Shown here one piece after another: positions 20,701 through 30,257 of a DNA stretch of 64,000 bases (position 1 is the first letter of the stretch; each line of letters opens with the position of its first letter). Made by a program: the position numbers and the translations under genes. Origin of the DNA: Candidatus Bathyarchaeia archaeon (GTDB taxonomy: Archaea; Thermoproteota; Bathyarchaeia; Bathyarchaeales; Bathycorpusculaceae); contig JBEKSS010000009.1 of NCBI GenBank assembly GCA_049516875.1, forward strand, positions 62,833 through 126,832, written 5' to 3'. Below the pieces are notes generated by a model. The model saw only the letters and a list, made by a program, of their open reading frames with translations. It was not told the DNA's origin and made no database searches.

Positions 20701-22495
20701 TCCAGGTTATGGTTGAGGGCGCACCAATCGTGAAGGTAACAGACGAGCCACTGCCTGAGACAGGAACGCTTCCCGTCCCAGTCCAACCCGTACACGCGTA
20801 CTGGGTTCCAGCGCCACCGGACGCCGGAGACGTGACAGACTCGGTAATGCTCGACCCAGAGTCAAACCAGCCGCTCAACGGAGTGGGCGAATCATGCGCA
20901 GAAGTCACGGTCAAATAGTACTGCGTCTTCCAGTTCCAAGTTATACTTGAGGCTGCGGTTATGGTAAAAGGGACAGACGAAGAAATGCCGGACGCAGGAA
21001 CACTTCCCGTACCTGTCCAGCCCGTACAAACGTACTGGGTTCCTGAAGGACCGGGCGTTGGAGACGTGACTGACTCAGTTATGCTTGAGCCGGAGTCGAA
21101 CCAGCCGCTCGCAGGAGTGGGCGAATCGTACGGGGAAGTGACGGTCAAATAGCACTGAGTCTTCCAGTTCCACGTGCACGTTGTGTAGGCATTAAGCGTA
21201 GATGAGCCGGTGGAGCTTGAGCCTGCACTGCCTCCAGAGCTTAGGCTTCCCGTACCTGTCCAGCCCGTTGTCTCATATTGGATTCCCGTTCCGTCAGAAA
21301 CTGGTCTTGTGATAGTCGATGATACACTAGACCCAGCATTGTACCATCCTGCTCCAGTTGGATTGTCATAGGTAGATGAAACGCTGAAGTAGTATTGAAG
21401 CTGGAAGACGGCGGTGTAGGTCGTGACTGCTGTTGGCGACACCGAGTGTGATTGAGCCCCAGAATCGCTCCAGCTTGAATAGATATATTGGCTTTGTCCA
21501 GATACTAAGGTAACAGGAGAGTTTGCGGCTATCGTGTGGGATGAGCCACTGTCCCACCAAGGAGTCGTGTATGGAGTTGTCACAGCACCTCCATCAACAG
21601 TAACGTAGCCACTTCCAGTGGCAGGCGAACTTGTAATCGTGTGCTGATACTGAGTCTCGTAGCTGCCAGTAACCGTTCCAGACGAATGAACAGGCGAAGA
21701 CACACCTGTAACACCCGTTGAGACATACTGCTTACCCGAGCCCGCCGGAACAGGGCTGGTGTACGAGAAAGTTGTCCCATCATCAACCCAGATGGCACTC
21801 GACGGAAAAGTACTGTAAGTATACGTGCTGCTGCCCACCGTAAGAACCGTACCAGAAGCATCACTGCTCAACCCACTCTGCTGGAAAGTCACACTCCACT
21901 GAGTCTTATAGGTTGCCGAATAAGTTCCCGCAGCCATTATGGGCGAGGCACCTGAACTGCCCGTCTCAACGAACTGCTTACCTGAACCGCCTGAAACAGT
22001 AGCCGTCCAACTGAAAGTCGTACCGCTGTCAACGTAAACGCTACTCGGCAAAGCATTGTAAGCATAGTTTGTTCCTCCCAACGTGAGAACAGTGTTGCTA
22101 CCAGCATCGCTGTCTAACCCAGTTGCCGTGAAAGTCACCTGGTATTGAGTCTTGTAAGTGGCTGCGTCTGTCCCTGAAGCCGTTATAGGCGAAGCAAGAC
22201 CTGAATCTCCAGTCTCGACGAACTGCTTGCCAGAACCGCCTGAGACTGTGGATGCCCACGTGAAGGTGGTTCCCTCGCTGTCAACCTCAAAGTTAACAGG
22301 CAAAGTGTTCCAAGCATAGTTTGTTCCTCCTAACGTGAGAACAGTGTTGCTACCAGCATCGCTGTCTAACCCAGTTGCCGTGAAAGTCACCTGGTAGGGG
22401 GCCTGCGTGCGCGCTTCTCTTAGAGTCGTTAACATCAACAGTGTGAAGAGAACTAGCGAGACAAAAAGAAATGCGTAGAACCTTCTGTGTTTCAT
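17711..22495 (-). CDS. Large Ser/Thr-rich repeat surface protein (about 76-aa beta repeats) with PEF-CTERM-like IPEY anchor
   Basis: Signal peptide; many LTVSS...SP.P..GW.DSG...CTGWTGTGSVP...ITWNWKTQY repeats; DVNGNGKYD; IPEY + TM + RKRR. Confidence 0.9.
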   Translation of the reverse strand: MKHRRFYAFLFVSLVLFTLLMLTTLREARTQAPYQVTFTATGLDSDAGSNTVLTLGGTNYAWNTLPVNFEVDSEGTTFTWASTVSGGSGKQFVETGDSGLASPITASGTDAATYKTQYQVTFTATGLDSDAGSNTVLTLGGTNYAYNALPSSVYVDSGTTFSWTATVSGGSGKQFVETGSSGASPIMAAGTYSATYKTQWSVTFQQSGLSSDASGTVLTVGSSTYTYSTFPSSAIWVDDGTTFSYTSPVPAGSGKQYVSTGVTGVSSPVHSSGTVTGSYETQYQHTITSSPATGSGYVTVDGGAVTTPYTTPWWDSGSSHTIAANSPVTLVSGQSQYIYSSWSDSGAQSHSVSPTAVTTYTAVFQLQYYFSVSSTYDNPTGAGWYNAGSSVSSTITRPVSDGTGIQYETTGWTGTGSLSSGGSAGSSSTGSSTLNAYTTCTWNWKTQCYLTVTSPYDSPTPASGWFDSGSSITESVTSPTPGPSGTQYVCTGWTGTGSVPASGISSSVPFTITAASSITWNWKTQYYLTVTSAHDSPTPLSGWFDSGSSITESVTSPASGGAGTQYACTGWTGTGSVPVSGSGSSVTFTIGAPSTITWNWKTQYQVTFDQTGVGSDFAGAVASVDSVNYGVSSLPVSLWLDSGSSHSFSFASPLIVGSKQYVWSSTSGLSPLQSGTLTVTASGNVVGNYIIQNQVTFDKVGVSSDFTGTVVIIDSVSYSRLQLPVSFSWSVGSTHSFAFQSPLVVGSTTKQYLWTSTSGLSSVQSGSITITTYGNIISNYKTQYYLTVSSPHDSPSPVSSWFDSGSSITESVTSPVSGGSGTQYVCTGWTGTGSVPASGTASSITFTIATPSSITWNWKTQYYLTVSSPYDSPTPLSGWFDSGSSITDSVTSPVSGGSGIQFVCTGWSGAGSVPASGSATSVTFTIVAPSSISWNWKTQYYLTVSSPYDSPTPLSWWFDSGSSIIESVTSPVSDGSGTHYICTGWTGTGSVPSSGSSSSVTFTITGTSSITWNWQVVQRRLTVSSAHDSPNPGNGLHIINDGTSVTCGVSSPVTESGTVWTCTGWTGTGSVPSSGSDSSVTFTVTQDSTITWNWHGNAVQHTLTVFSAHDNPSPAVGDHLYDEGDSVTCSVTSPVTEGGVAYVCTGWTGTGSVPSSGSDSSVTFTISQDSSITWNWQIVLWNLTVSSAHGSPSPAVGDYLVPSSGSDTSTTFTITENSTITWSWVVTPPVQWNLTVSSAHGSPSPAVGDYLYNDSASVTCSVSSPVVEAGVSYTCTGWVGSGSVPSSGSGVSVTFSITQNSSITWSWVVTPPVQWNLGVVSAHGSPSPGVGDRFYVPSSGSDTSTTFTITENSTITWSWVVTPPVQWNLTVSSAHDSPSPGVGNNPYGDGSSVTCSVTSPVTEAGQVWTCTGWVGSGSVPSSGSGSFVTFTITENSTITWNWQVRERPTIGSCDGTGAQKDVFNSDETVYVTGTGYAPNQTYNIYVVNDTAWVDGMTIPARIQGTVTSVSSDSSGNINLTAVWNKSLTPGKYDILVDVNGNGKYDADVDALYNNKIVTTAGFSLIPEYLFGTILGLAGCFAALGAFRMYKRKRR

Positions 22496-23094
22496 TTCTT
22501 TTCTTGACTCCTTCTCCCTTTAATCAACAAGTACTGGGTCTTCCAGTTCCAAGTCATACTTGAGGGCTGTGTTATCGTAAAGTCTACGGATGTCACAATT
22601 CCAGAGGGTGGAACATCCCCGGTACCTGTCCAGCCCGTGCAGACGTACTGAGTGCCAGAACCGCCAGAAACCGGAGAAGTAACAGACTCGGTAATGCCAG
22701 AACCAGAGTCATACCAGCCACTCGCAGGAGAAGGCGAATCGTACGGGGAAGTGACGGTCAGGTAATACTGGGTCTTCCAGTTCCAAGTTATACTCGAATC
22801 CATCGTTATAGTGAACGTGACGGATGAATCCGTGCCAGAAGGAGGAACACTGCCACTTCCAGACCAGCCCGTGCAAACGTACTGGATTCCTAAAGGACCG
22901 GGCGTTGGAGACGTAACACTGCAAGTAACAGAGTCATTATCATTGTACGTGTTAGGCCCAACAGGAGGGTTCGGATTGTCGTAGTCGGAAGAAACCGTCA
23001 ACGTCCACGTTCCCTGCGCGCGCGTTGCAAAGTACATTAAAGCAGAGAAAATGAAAAGGATCAGCAAAGATGTAACTACTATTCTTTTCCTCAT
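22492..23094 (-). CDS. Short or truncated paralog of the repeat surface protein (signal peptide + 2 repeats)
   Basis: Same repeat unit, no anchor; overlaps the next gene by ATGA. Confidence 0.75.
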   Translation of the reverse strand: MRKRIVVTSLLILFIFSALMYFATRAQGTWTLTVSSDYDNPNPPVGPNTYNDNDSVTCSVTSPTPGPLGIQYVCTGWSGSGSVPPSGTDSSVTFTITMDSSITWNWKTQYYLTVTSPYDSPSPASGWYDSGSGITESVTSPVSGGSGTQYVCTGWTGTGDVPPSGIVTSVDFTITQPSSMTWNWKTQYLLIKGRRSQEKK

Positions 23095-23318
23095 TCTACT
23101 TTCTTCTTTAATCTTTACGGTTTACGAATAGTTGTTGTATCATTGTTTCACTGTTTTAACGTTTTCTTCCAAGAATCAACTGAAGCAGTATGGTGTGCGC
23201 TGAGAAAGGCATGATCCGGAAGTGGGCAGCGCAGGCAACAGTCGGTGAAAAATCATCATGATAGTTTAGACGACGCGTCAACGAGCTCTTTTCTGCGAGG
23301 CGCGCGCCGATCAAGTTC

Positions 23319-23855
23319 TTAGTGTTGGATAACTCGATTGCTTGCTGTGAGGATGGATTCTATGAAGGCTGATTTTGCTTCTGTGTAACCTAAACGATCT
23401 GTCCCGTACTTTATAGCCAATCTCTTCTTCAGATTGAAGTACGCTTGAGCTATCTGAGGGTTTTTCCTAAGAAAATCGCGGAACACTATGTGTTTTTTCC
23501 AGTGTTCACTATTGAACTTGACAAGGTGCAGATGGTATCCGACACTGTGTGAGCCCTTTCCCAAACAGTAATACCATTCTGTGTTATCTGGTTGCGGCGT
23601 GACATCTTTGTAGCCGACGCTTTCCAATGGCGAGATGCATTGATTCGCTTCATCAACGCTGTTGACACCCGCCATTATGTCGATGATGTTCTTCCCACCT
23701 AATTTAGGCACTGCCGTACTGCCGACATGTTCGAACGCGCAGATTCTGTGCTCAAGAACTCTGCGAACAAACGCTTTCTCCTTCTCGTAAAGTGTCCGCC
23801 ACTGCGGATCATAATCAACGATGATTACTGCGCTAGGCAACCCTTTTCCCAGCAA
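23319..23855 (-). CDS. GrpB/UPF0157 nucleotidyltransferase-fold protein
   Basis: YDPQW, EHVGSTAVP..GKNIIDI, HLH, FRDFLR, YTEAKS. Confidence 0.9.
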   Translation of the reverse strand: MLGKGLPSAVIIVDYDPQWRTLYEKEKAFVRRVLEHRICAFEHVGSTAVPKLGGKNIIDIMAGVNSVDEANQCISPLESVGYKDVTPQPDNTEWYYCLGKGSHSVGYHLHLVKFNSEHWKKHIVFRDFLRKNPQIAQAYFNLKKRLAIKYGTDRLGYTEAKSAFIESILTASNRVIQH

Positions 23856-23937
23856 TCAAGATTGTTTGAGGAACAGAAAAGTCTTTGGTCTTGTGCAAGC
23901 ATCGCTGGAAGCGCTCGCATTGGCGATATTCGGCATA

Positions 23938-24054
23938 GCGCGCGCTAAGTAAGTCATTCCTTTTATTGTTTTTGTTTGTTTGCATGGGGGCTGAGAGAAA
24001 GAAAGAGAGAATGAGAAGTAGAAAGAAGTGTGTGTTTGGGATAAGACTTTACCC
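23938..24054 (+). repeat. Family B dispersed element: GT/GA-rich flank plus GGGATAAGACTTTACCC core (24038-24054)
   Basis: Flank GAGAAAGAAAGAGAGAATGAGAAGTAGAAAGAAGT matches the reverse complement of about 43020-43055. Confidence 0.75.
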
Positions 24055-24108
24055 TTTCTCTCTCTCATCACAACCACGGAGTATGTTTCGCCGGATTATT
24101 CCCGCGAT

Positions 24109-24831
24109 TTAGCTGGTTGCCGTGACATTGATGTAGGTTTCAGCCCAAAATGGAGGAAGGTAAGAGGACAAGCTAGGGTAGAAACGAGGGTCCGGTACGA
24201 AGGCGTCTACAACGTATGTGCCCGGAGTAACACGTAAAGAAGATTCTGGATAAATGACTGTCTGGTTCCACACGAATGTTCTTGTTAGGCTTTGGCCGGG
24301 GGGAATTGTGAGCGTCGTCTGACTTTGGTTAAGTGGAACAGTATACCACATTTCGAGGCCCTCTTCAGGACTATCAGCGATATAATATGTATTCCACACT
24401 TCGACTATGACGGGAGGATCTACGATAGAAGAGAAGGAGTGGGGTATGTAGCCTAGGTTTGTCAAGGTCACTGTGATGTGGACGTCTTCGGTCAGCGCGT
24501 AAATAGACTTGTCTGTTGAGACTGTGAAAGACCATTTCGGGGTGCCAATGACCCAGGCTGCGTGGGTGGCTCCTGAAGACGCGATTATCAAACCGAAAAT
24601 GAGAACAAGAAACTTTCTCCAGCTGAGCCTTTGATTACTTAGCAGATGATCTAAAGCAAAAACGAAAGTGAAAATCCAAGCAAACGCTAGAATAGGATAC
24701 GCCCATACGTACTGCATTTCTTGATAGAGATTTACTTCTTGATAAACTGTCATTGCAAGACTTGCACCCGTCAAGATGCAGACAGACGCACTAAACACCA
24801 GAAGGCTGAGTCTGAAGCTCATTCTCTTCAC
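24109..24831 (-). CDS. Membrane protein with C-terminal Ig-like (BsuPI-like) domain
   Basis: Three TM helices, then VSTDKSIY...ITVTLTN...PGQSLTRTFVWNQ...PGTY. Confidence 0.65.
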   Translation of the reverse strand: MKRMSFRLSLLVFSASVCILTGASLAMTVYQEVNLYQEMQYVWAYPILAFAWIFTFVFALDHLLSNQRLSWRKFLVLIFGLIIASSGATHAAWVIGTPKWSFTVSTDKSIYALTEDVHITVTLTNLGYIPHSFSSIVDPPVIVEVWNTYYIADSPEEGLEMWYTVPLNQSQTTLTIPPGQSLTRTFVWNQTVIYPESSLRVTPGTYVVDAFVPDPRFYPSLSSYLPPFWAETYINVTATS

Positions 24832-25029
24832 TTTTTCAGAGACGTCTCACGGAATTTAAACTTTTGGACGCACCACGTGCGCTGGAAACGCAATAATGCC
24901 GATTTTTCGTCAATGTTCACCCGTCCACAGGTCAAGCGCGCGCAGAATGGGTTGAACTCGATGTCTGTCTGTGTCTCTCAGAGAGAGGTAGTATATAGGT
25001 GAAAGAAGCAGAGATAGAGGTTTGGGTTT

Positions 25030-25048
25030 GGGGATAAAACTTTACCCC
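25030..25048 (+). repeat. Family B palindromic core GGGGATAAAACTTTACCCC
   Basis: Flanked by the complementary arms GGTTTGGGTTT and AACCAACAACC. Confidence 0.8.
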
Positions 25049-25129
25049 AACCAACAACCGACGACGCGCGCGCACTTTCATATCTGCAGGAGGAATCACT
25101 CAGCGCACGTGCTATTCGCTTGTGCAGCT

Positions 25130-25828
25130 TCAAACTTTTTCAGGTGTGATGTTTAGCCATATCTTTCGTTTTAGACCTCCAAAGGAGGTGAGGCTTGTGA
25201 CAAGCAAAGTGCCCGCCAGGATGAGATTTCCCAAGGTGGCAGATGCAGGGTTTTGTGCAATATAGAGGCTGACACATACAAAAATGTAGAAAGACAAAAG
25301 ACCCGTGAGGCATTGAGTCGCGTGGATGATTTTTCGTGCTTGATAAGCCTTTGATTTCAAGACACTTAGAACGGATCTCAACCGTTTGGAGATATCGGAA
25401 AGATCATCTAAGATAAGAGTCAAACCGCCTAAAACAAAGAATCGTCCAACATTAGTCGCTAGGCTAGCGTTGCGTGCCGTGAATAGACTGACTAGAGGAA
25501 CGGATGTGGACATCTTTAGCATAATAGCGGATAAAACCAAGACCACGAACCCATAAACGTAGTGATGAAACCATAACCTTCCAGTTTTCATTCTACCAAC
25601 GCTCATGGCCGGAAAAATGTTTACAATTGAAGCTAGAATTATCACCCAGAAAAGGGAACCATCAACCAGATACGGCGGATAAAGCTTCCAATTAGCCTCA
25701 TAAAAACCCGCCAAGAGTCCGATTGCATACACTATGCACAGAAGGCAATTGAAAGTCAAGACCAAACTAAACAGTTTTCTTCCACAGACCGAGACAAGGC
25801 TAACCACTGAATCGGCACCACTCCGCAA
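25130..25828 (-). CDS. Multi-pass membrane hypothetical protein
   Basis: About 6 hydrophobic segments; FHHY.YG and LILDD motifs. Confidence 0.7.
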   Translation of the reverse strand: MRSGADSVVSLVSVCGRKLFSLVLTFNCLLCIVYAIGLLAGFYEANWKLYPPYLVDGSLFWVIILASIVNIFPAMSVGRMKTGRLWFHHYVYGFVVLVLSAIMLKMSTSVPLVSLFTARNASLATNVGRFFVLGGLTLILDDLSDISKRLRSVLSVLKSKAYQARKIIHATQCLTGLLSFYIFVCVSLYIAQNPASATLGNLILAGTLLVTSLTSFGGLKRKIWLNITPEKV

Positions 25829-26097
25829 TCTTCAAACTGGCATAATAAATTCGTGAATCCGTCTAATAGCTGTTTTTGTAAACCAAATCATTAAGTCTCA
25901 TTTTAGCACGCGCTAAAAAGCCAATTGCTTCTTGGCCTGCGTTCAAAACAAACCCATTTAGAATAAACTTCTATGCGGACACCCACCGGTCCACTTGAAA
26001 CTGCAAATGGATCTTGCTTTGAGCGCGCGCGAATTTTGGTAGAATTCTGTAAAAAGTTTATAGTCCAATCTTCGAGGCACATTGTGTAGGAGTAGGA

Positions 26098-26274
26098 ATG
26101 AAAACCATTAAAATCCCAAATGAAACATTCGAATTCTTAGCGTACGTTGCGCGGCAAGACGTAACGTTACCGCCTCTTCTCGTTGATTACCTAAAATGGG
26201 ACCGTTACACAAAAGAAGAGGTCAAAGCCCATCTTCACGTATTGGACAGCACATGCAACAAAGTCCGCGTTTAA
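26098..26274 (+). CDS. 58-aa putative DNA-binding (RHH/antitoxin-like) protein, copy 1
   Basis: MKTIKIPNETFEFLAYVARQ...; near-identical copy at 37918..38094; AGGA RBS; below the ORF-track cutoff. Confidence 0.6.
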   Translation: MKTIKIPNETFEFLAYVARQDVTLPPLLVDYLKWDRYTKEEVKAHLHVLDSTCNKVRV

Positions 26275-26324
26275 ATACTGCAAGACTTCAAAATCATTTG
26301 ATGAAGTCTGAAGTTTTCTTTAAT

Positions 26325-26590
26325 CGTCGTGTGTGTGTTTGTTATGTGTGCATGTTTTAGTTATGTGTGTGAGGAGAGAGAGTAAGAGTATTAGAGTAAG
26401 AGTATGAGAGAGAGAGAGAAAGAGAGAAAGATAAAACTTTACCCCAACCAACCAATTTCACGGTCACTCGCTCTGCCAGTCACTCAAGCTCTCAATCACT
26501 CGCTTTGCCAACCTGCTCCTCTACTCCTACACCTACCTATACCTATACCACCACACCACACACGCACACGGCGTGAGTGTGAAGGAAGGG
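26325..26590 (+). repeat. Long family B element: microsatellite-like flank, core (26430-26445) and CA-rich tail
   Basis: 26430-26590 is the inverted homolog of 42053-42220; terminal CACGGCGTGAGTGTG is also inverted at about 50013-50027. Confidence 0.75.
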
Positions 26591-26627
26591 CAGGCTAAAA
26601 CGCGGGGGCCTAGAAGAGTATTAGTAA

Positions 26628-27226
26628 TTGGTAAAGCACAATTCTAGTGAAGAGTGGAACTCTGAACTTCATCCGCCGGACCGGTCTCAAAGAAGTCATA
26701 TCCGATGGGCAAACCGAGAGGGATGTGATGAGTATCAAATCTTGCTTAACCGTATGCCATTAATCAACAGGCTTCCCGTAGATACAACTTGGTCGAGGGT
26801 AGAGTCGAGAAGGAAGACTTGCCCTCATTGAGGCTTATCAATGAGATTTCGTGGATTGATCTTTCATTCTCCACTGGAGACATACCAATAGCCGCGCGCA
26901 ATGTGGAGATTCATAGCAGGGTCAAGTTGCCGCTCCCGCGGGGGGTCATAACTGACGGGCTAACGCGGCAGCAATATTCCGATAGATTGGTGCAGAGTTT
27001 ATCCGAATTTAGAAGCCAAGCCGCGGCCACAGGTCACAATCTAAGGTTAATTCTGATGAGCTGTCGTCAAGGTGGGCCATTCACGATCCTAGAGGGAAAT
27101 CACACGGCAATGGCATTATATTTTAGGCATTTCATCGATGAGCCTCAGATTCAGTATCCTGCGCATTATGCGTACCTGGGCGTTTCCTTTGATATGGTTA
27201 ATTATCAGTTTTTTCACAGCTCCTAG
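26628..27226 (+). pseudogene. Probably frameshifted hypothetical gene (ParB/Srx-like ILEGNH motif)
   Basis: ORF 26628..26831 (...DTTWSRVE) joins ORF 26789..27226 (VEKEDL...) by a 1-nt shift near 26804. Confidence 0.4.
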
Positions 27227-27316
27227 CATGTCACGCGCTAAAGAGTGAAAAGGCGCGCGCATTCGGATTTGTTGGTGCGTGCGCATGGACTGTTTCAAAA
27301 AGCAAGTGCGCCTGCT

Positions 27317-28084
27317 TCAGCGCAATAGGTTTAGAAGTTGCTCTGCATCCTTTGGAGGGTAGCCTGAATAGTACTTGCTGAAATATCCAAAAACCTCCAA
27401 TTGCCTATCCAAGAAACTCTTCACCTGAACTGCCCACTTTCTAATGTCTTCTGTTCTGTCAACTTCGACCTTACACAAAGTTCCATTCACCTTTCTTCTA
27501 TCTCCTTTCAACCTCACGTAGACAAAATCGGTCGCTACCTCCTCCTCAGGGACAGGCTGACCAACTAAAACCAGAGCCACACCGTTCTCTCTGAGAAGAG
27601 AGTTCAACTTTTCTCCCAGCAAGCCTTTGTTTCTCACTTCAACGGCGTAGCGAAAGCCTTTCGGCAAGGTGGATAAAAACTCTCGCAGAGTTGGAAAATG
27701 CTTGGGTCCAAATGAGCGGGGGAACTGGAGCAGGAGCGGTCCGAGCTTGTTCTGCAAATGGGACATTCTGGAAATGAAGGTGTCCACCTCTCTTTCACAA
27801 TCCCGCAGCATTTTGACGTGAGTTATGATTCTGGGAAACTTTGCTGAGAACAAGAAACCCTCAGGCGTCTGTTTTCTCCAAGCCTTCACCGTGCTTGCCG
27901 AGGGAATCCTGTAGAACGTGTTGTCTAATTCCACAGAGTCAAAGTGTTTCGCATATTCGGCCAGAAACGCTGCGGGCTTGAGGCCACGTGGATAGAAGTC
28001 GCCGACCCAGAACCAGTAGCTCCAGCCCATCGTGCCAATGTGTAATTTTCCTATTCTGCCTCTTTTGCCCTCAGAACTAGCCAC
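27317..28084 (-). CDS. DUF72 domain protein
   Basis: IGT.GWSY..W...FYP, VELDNTFYRIP, FSAKFP..ITH, LLQFP, AVEVR. Confidence 0.9.
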   Translation of the reverse strand: MASSEGKRGRIGKLHIGTMGWSYWFWVGDFYPRGLKPAAFLAEYAKHFDSVELDNTFYRIPSASTVKAWRKQTPEGFLFSAKFPRIITHVKMLRDCEREVDTFISRMSHLQNKLGPLLLQFPRSFGPKHFPTLREFLSTLPKGFRYAVEVRNKGLLGEKLNSLLRENGVALVLVGQPVPEEEVATDFVYVRLKGDRRKVNGTLCKVEVDRTEDIRKWAVQVKSFLDRQLEVFGYFSKYYSGYPPKDAEQLLNLLR

Positions 28085-29451
28085 TGTTTCTCCCCCGCCT
28101 TCTTAAACCGCGCCAACACATACCTGCCGCGTAATCTCTGGCCGTGCAGAGTGAACTCCACCAGGTTATCACTCCAAACCTTCGTCTCGTACGTCCCACT
28201 GTCAAATATCTTCACCGTTCCAGCTCCATACTGCCCTTCCGGTATTGTTCCCTCAAAACTCCGATATTCCAGCGGGTGATCCTCCGTTTCCACGGCAAGC
28301 CTCTTCTCCCCCGGCTGCTCAGGCATTCCCCTCGGAACAGCCCAGCTTTTCAACACCCCGTTCTTCTCCAGTCGCAAATCGTAATGAAGCCTTCTCGCGT
28401 GATGCTCCTGAACAACAAAAGTTCGTCCCCCCTCGTTGCTAACCGTCCCTGATGGTTCCGGTGTGACCGCAAAGTCCCTTCTTGAAACGTACGGTTGCAG
28501 GCTACCCTGCATTATCTGATCCAACGTGCACTCGGAAGGAAGCTTGTCATCCCTAATTCCAAGAAACCTAGCCATGCGCAGTCTGCCATCTTTGGTAACG
28601 TTTTGATAAGCCACTTGGCAAACGGTCTCAGGCTTCAACCAGACTATCTCTTCTTGAGCATCGACCCCCTCGAGAGTCTTATCCTCGACTCTGAGAGGTT
28701 CAAACGTTTTCAACAGCGATTCCATGTTTTTTTGACTGAAGCCAGTTCCCACCTTACCCACGTAGACGGGTCCCGCCTTGCCAAACAGTCCCAAAACCAG
28801 TGCCCCAAACGTCGACTCTCTCGCTCCTTTGCCGATTGTGTAGCCAAAAATGACGCAGTCGCACGTCAGGATTGGTTTGATTTTCAACCAGTTCGTGCTT
28901 CTGGCTCCAGGTTCGTACGTGCTGTCCTTTTTCTTGGCCATCACGCCTTCCATGCCCTTCGCCAAGGCAGCCTTGTAGTATGCCTCTCCCTCTGTTTCCA
29001 CGTATGCGGACAACACAACGTAGCTTCCTTCGCGCACGTACTCTTTCAAAAGCCCTTTTCTCTCGATCAGTGGAAGCTGAACAAGAGGGTTCCCGTCTTT
29101 CTCGAGTATGTCGAAAACTATGTAGGTTGCGGGTGACGTTAGCCGCAAGTACTTGACGTTTTCAATGGAAGAGGTCTTGCTTCTCTCCGAGAGCGCTTGA
29201 AAGTCAGCCTTGCCTCCCTTTATGACGACTATTTCGCCGTCGATCACCGAGTTCTCTGTTAGGCTTTTCAGCTCTTCTAGCTCTGGAAAATTGTATCGCA
29301 GTTCTCTGTCGTTTCTGCTTCTTATGCTGAGTCCACCGTTAACGTAGCTTATGGCCCTTATGCCGTCCCATTTGACTTCGAATATCCAGTCTTCTGAATT
29401 GAAAGGTTTTTCAGTGTGCTGGGCAAGCATCGGCCTGTAGTGTTGTCTCAT
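28051..29451 (-). CDS. ligD: NHEJ ATP-dependent DNA ligase fused to a C-terminal 3'-phosphoesterase domain
   Basis: FEVKWDGIR, IDGEIV, FDIL, EGVMAK, WLKIK; PE motifs FVVQEHHARRLHYDLRLE, SWAVPRG, EDHPLEY..FEG.IP.GQYGAG. Confidence 0.92.
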   Translation of the reverse strand: MRQHYRPMLAQHTEKPFNSEDWIFEVKWDGIRAISYVNGGLSIRSRNDRELRYNFPELEELKSLTENSVIDGEIVVIKGGKADFQALSERSKTSSIENVKYLRLTSPATYIVFDILEKDGNPLVQLPLIERKGLLKEYVREGSYVVLSAYVETEGEAYYKAALAKGMEGVMAKKKDSTYEPGARSTNWLKIKPILTCDCVIFGYTIGKGARESTFGALVLGLFGKAGPVYVGKVGTGFSQKNMESLLKTFEPLRVEDKTLEGVDAQEEIVWLKPETVCQVAYQNVTKDGRLRMARFLGIRDDKLPSECTLDQIMQGSLQPYVSRRDFAVTPEPSGTVSNEGGRTFVVQEHHARRLHYDLRLEKNGVLKSWAVPRGMPEQPGEKRLAVETEDHPLEYRSFEGTIPEGQYGAGTVKIFDSGTYETKVWSDNLVEFTLHGQRLRGRYVLARFKKAGEKQWLVLRAKEAE

Positions 29452-30257
29452 TGTTTCTTCAGCTGATTGAGCGTTTCCTGCAGGGCTGCCATGAGCTCTT
29501 TGGCTTCCTCTTTCACGGGTTTTTCAGCGACTATTGTTTCACCCTTGAGCTTCTTTGCAATGAGCTTTCGAATCCTCTCCTCGTAAGTGTCCTCATATTC
29601 CGTTATGTCGAATTCGCCTGAAAGATCGTTTATTATCTTCACGGCAAGGTCCAGTTCTTTCTTCTCGGGTTCCTTGAGTCGTTTCAGCTCTTCGGAGTTG
29701 TTCGGATCTGAAATCTCGTACGCGTATCGAAGCGTGGTCAAGACTAGCGCTCCCTTGTAGGCGTGCAACAAGACAGGATACTCTTTCGTTCTCAGAGTGA
29801 TTCTTCCCGCGCCGGCCTTGTGCGTTTTCTGCAGGGCTGTCAAGAGTAAGCTGTAGGCTTCATCACTCTTGTCGGGCGTGAGCACATAGGATCTTTCGAA
29901 GTATATCGGGTCGATAGAGAGGTAGTCCACAAACTTGTCGATGCGGATTTTTTGGCTGGACTGTGGCCTCGCCGCGTCAAGCTCCCCTTTCTGGAACACT
30001 ATGAAGCGGTTCTTGCTTACCTCGTAGCCTCTCACAGTGTCTTCCCAAGGAACCACCATGTTATCCTTGACGCAAACCTTCTGATACCTCAACGGTTGTC
30101 CATCTTGTTTGTGAAGGAACCTGAAAGAAAAAGCCTTGTCAAACGTCATCGTGTAAAGCTTAACCGGCACGTTGACCAGCCCGATTGTCACGGCTCCACT
30201 CCAAAACGGCCTTTTCGGAATTCGAACATTTGGTTCTTCAATTGGTTCTTCCATCAA
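29448..30257 (-). CDS. ku: Ku protein (NHEJ end binding)
   Basis: WSG..TIGLVNVPVKLY, VRGYEV, IDPIYFERSY, LMAALQETL. Confidence 0.93.
   Translation of the reverse strand: MMEEPIEEPNVRIPKRPFWSGAVTIGLVNVPVKLYTMTFDKAFSFRFLHKQDGQPLRYQKVCVKDNMVVPWEDTVRGYEVSKNRFIVFQKGELDAARPQSSQKIRIDKFVDYLSIDPIYFERSYVLTPDKSDEAYSLLLTALQKTHKAGAGRITLRTKEYPVLLHAYKGALVLTTLRYAYEISDPNNSEELKRLKEPEKKELDLAVKIINDLSGEFDITEYEDTYEERIRKLIAKKLKGETIVAEKPVKEEAKELMAALQETLNQLKKQ

Noticed and set aside
18170-22900. Repeats as CRISPR or DGR template/variable repeats
   Set aside because: They are in-frame coding repeats; there is no reverse transcriptase and no evident adenine-specific mismatch pattern.
28495-29136. Long antisense ORFs (also 11172..11591, 31571..32137, 33804..34280)
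   Set aside because: They are shadows of well-supported genes on the opposite strand and have no motifs.
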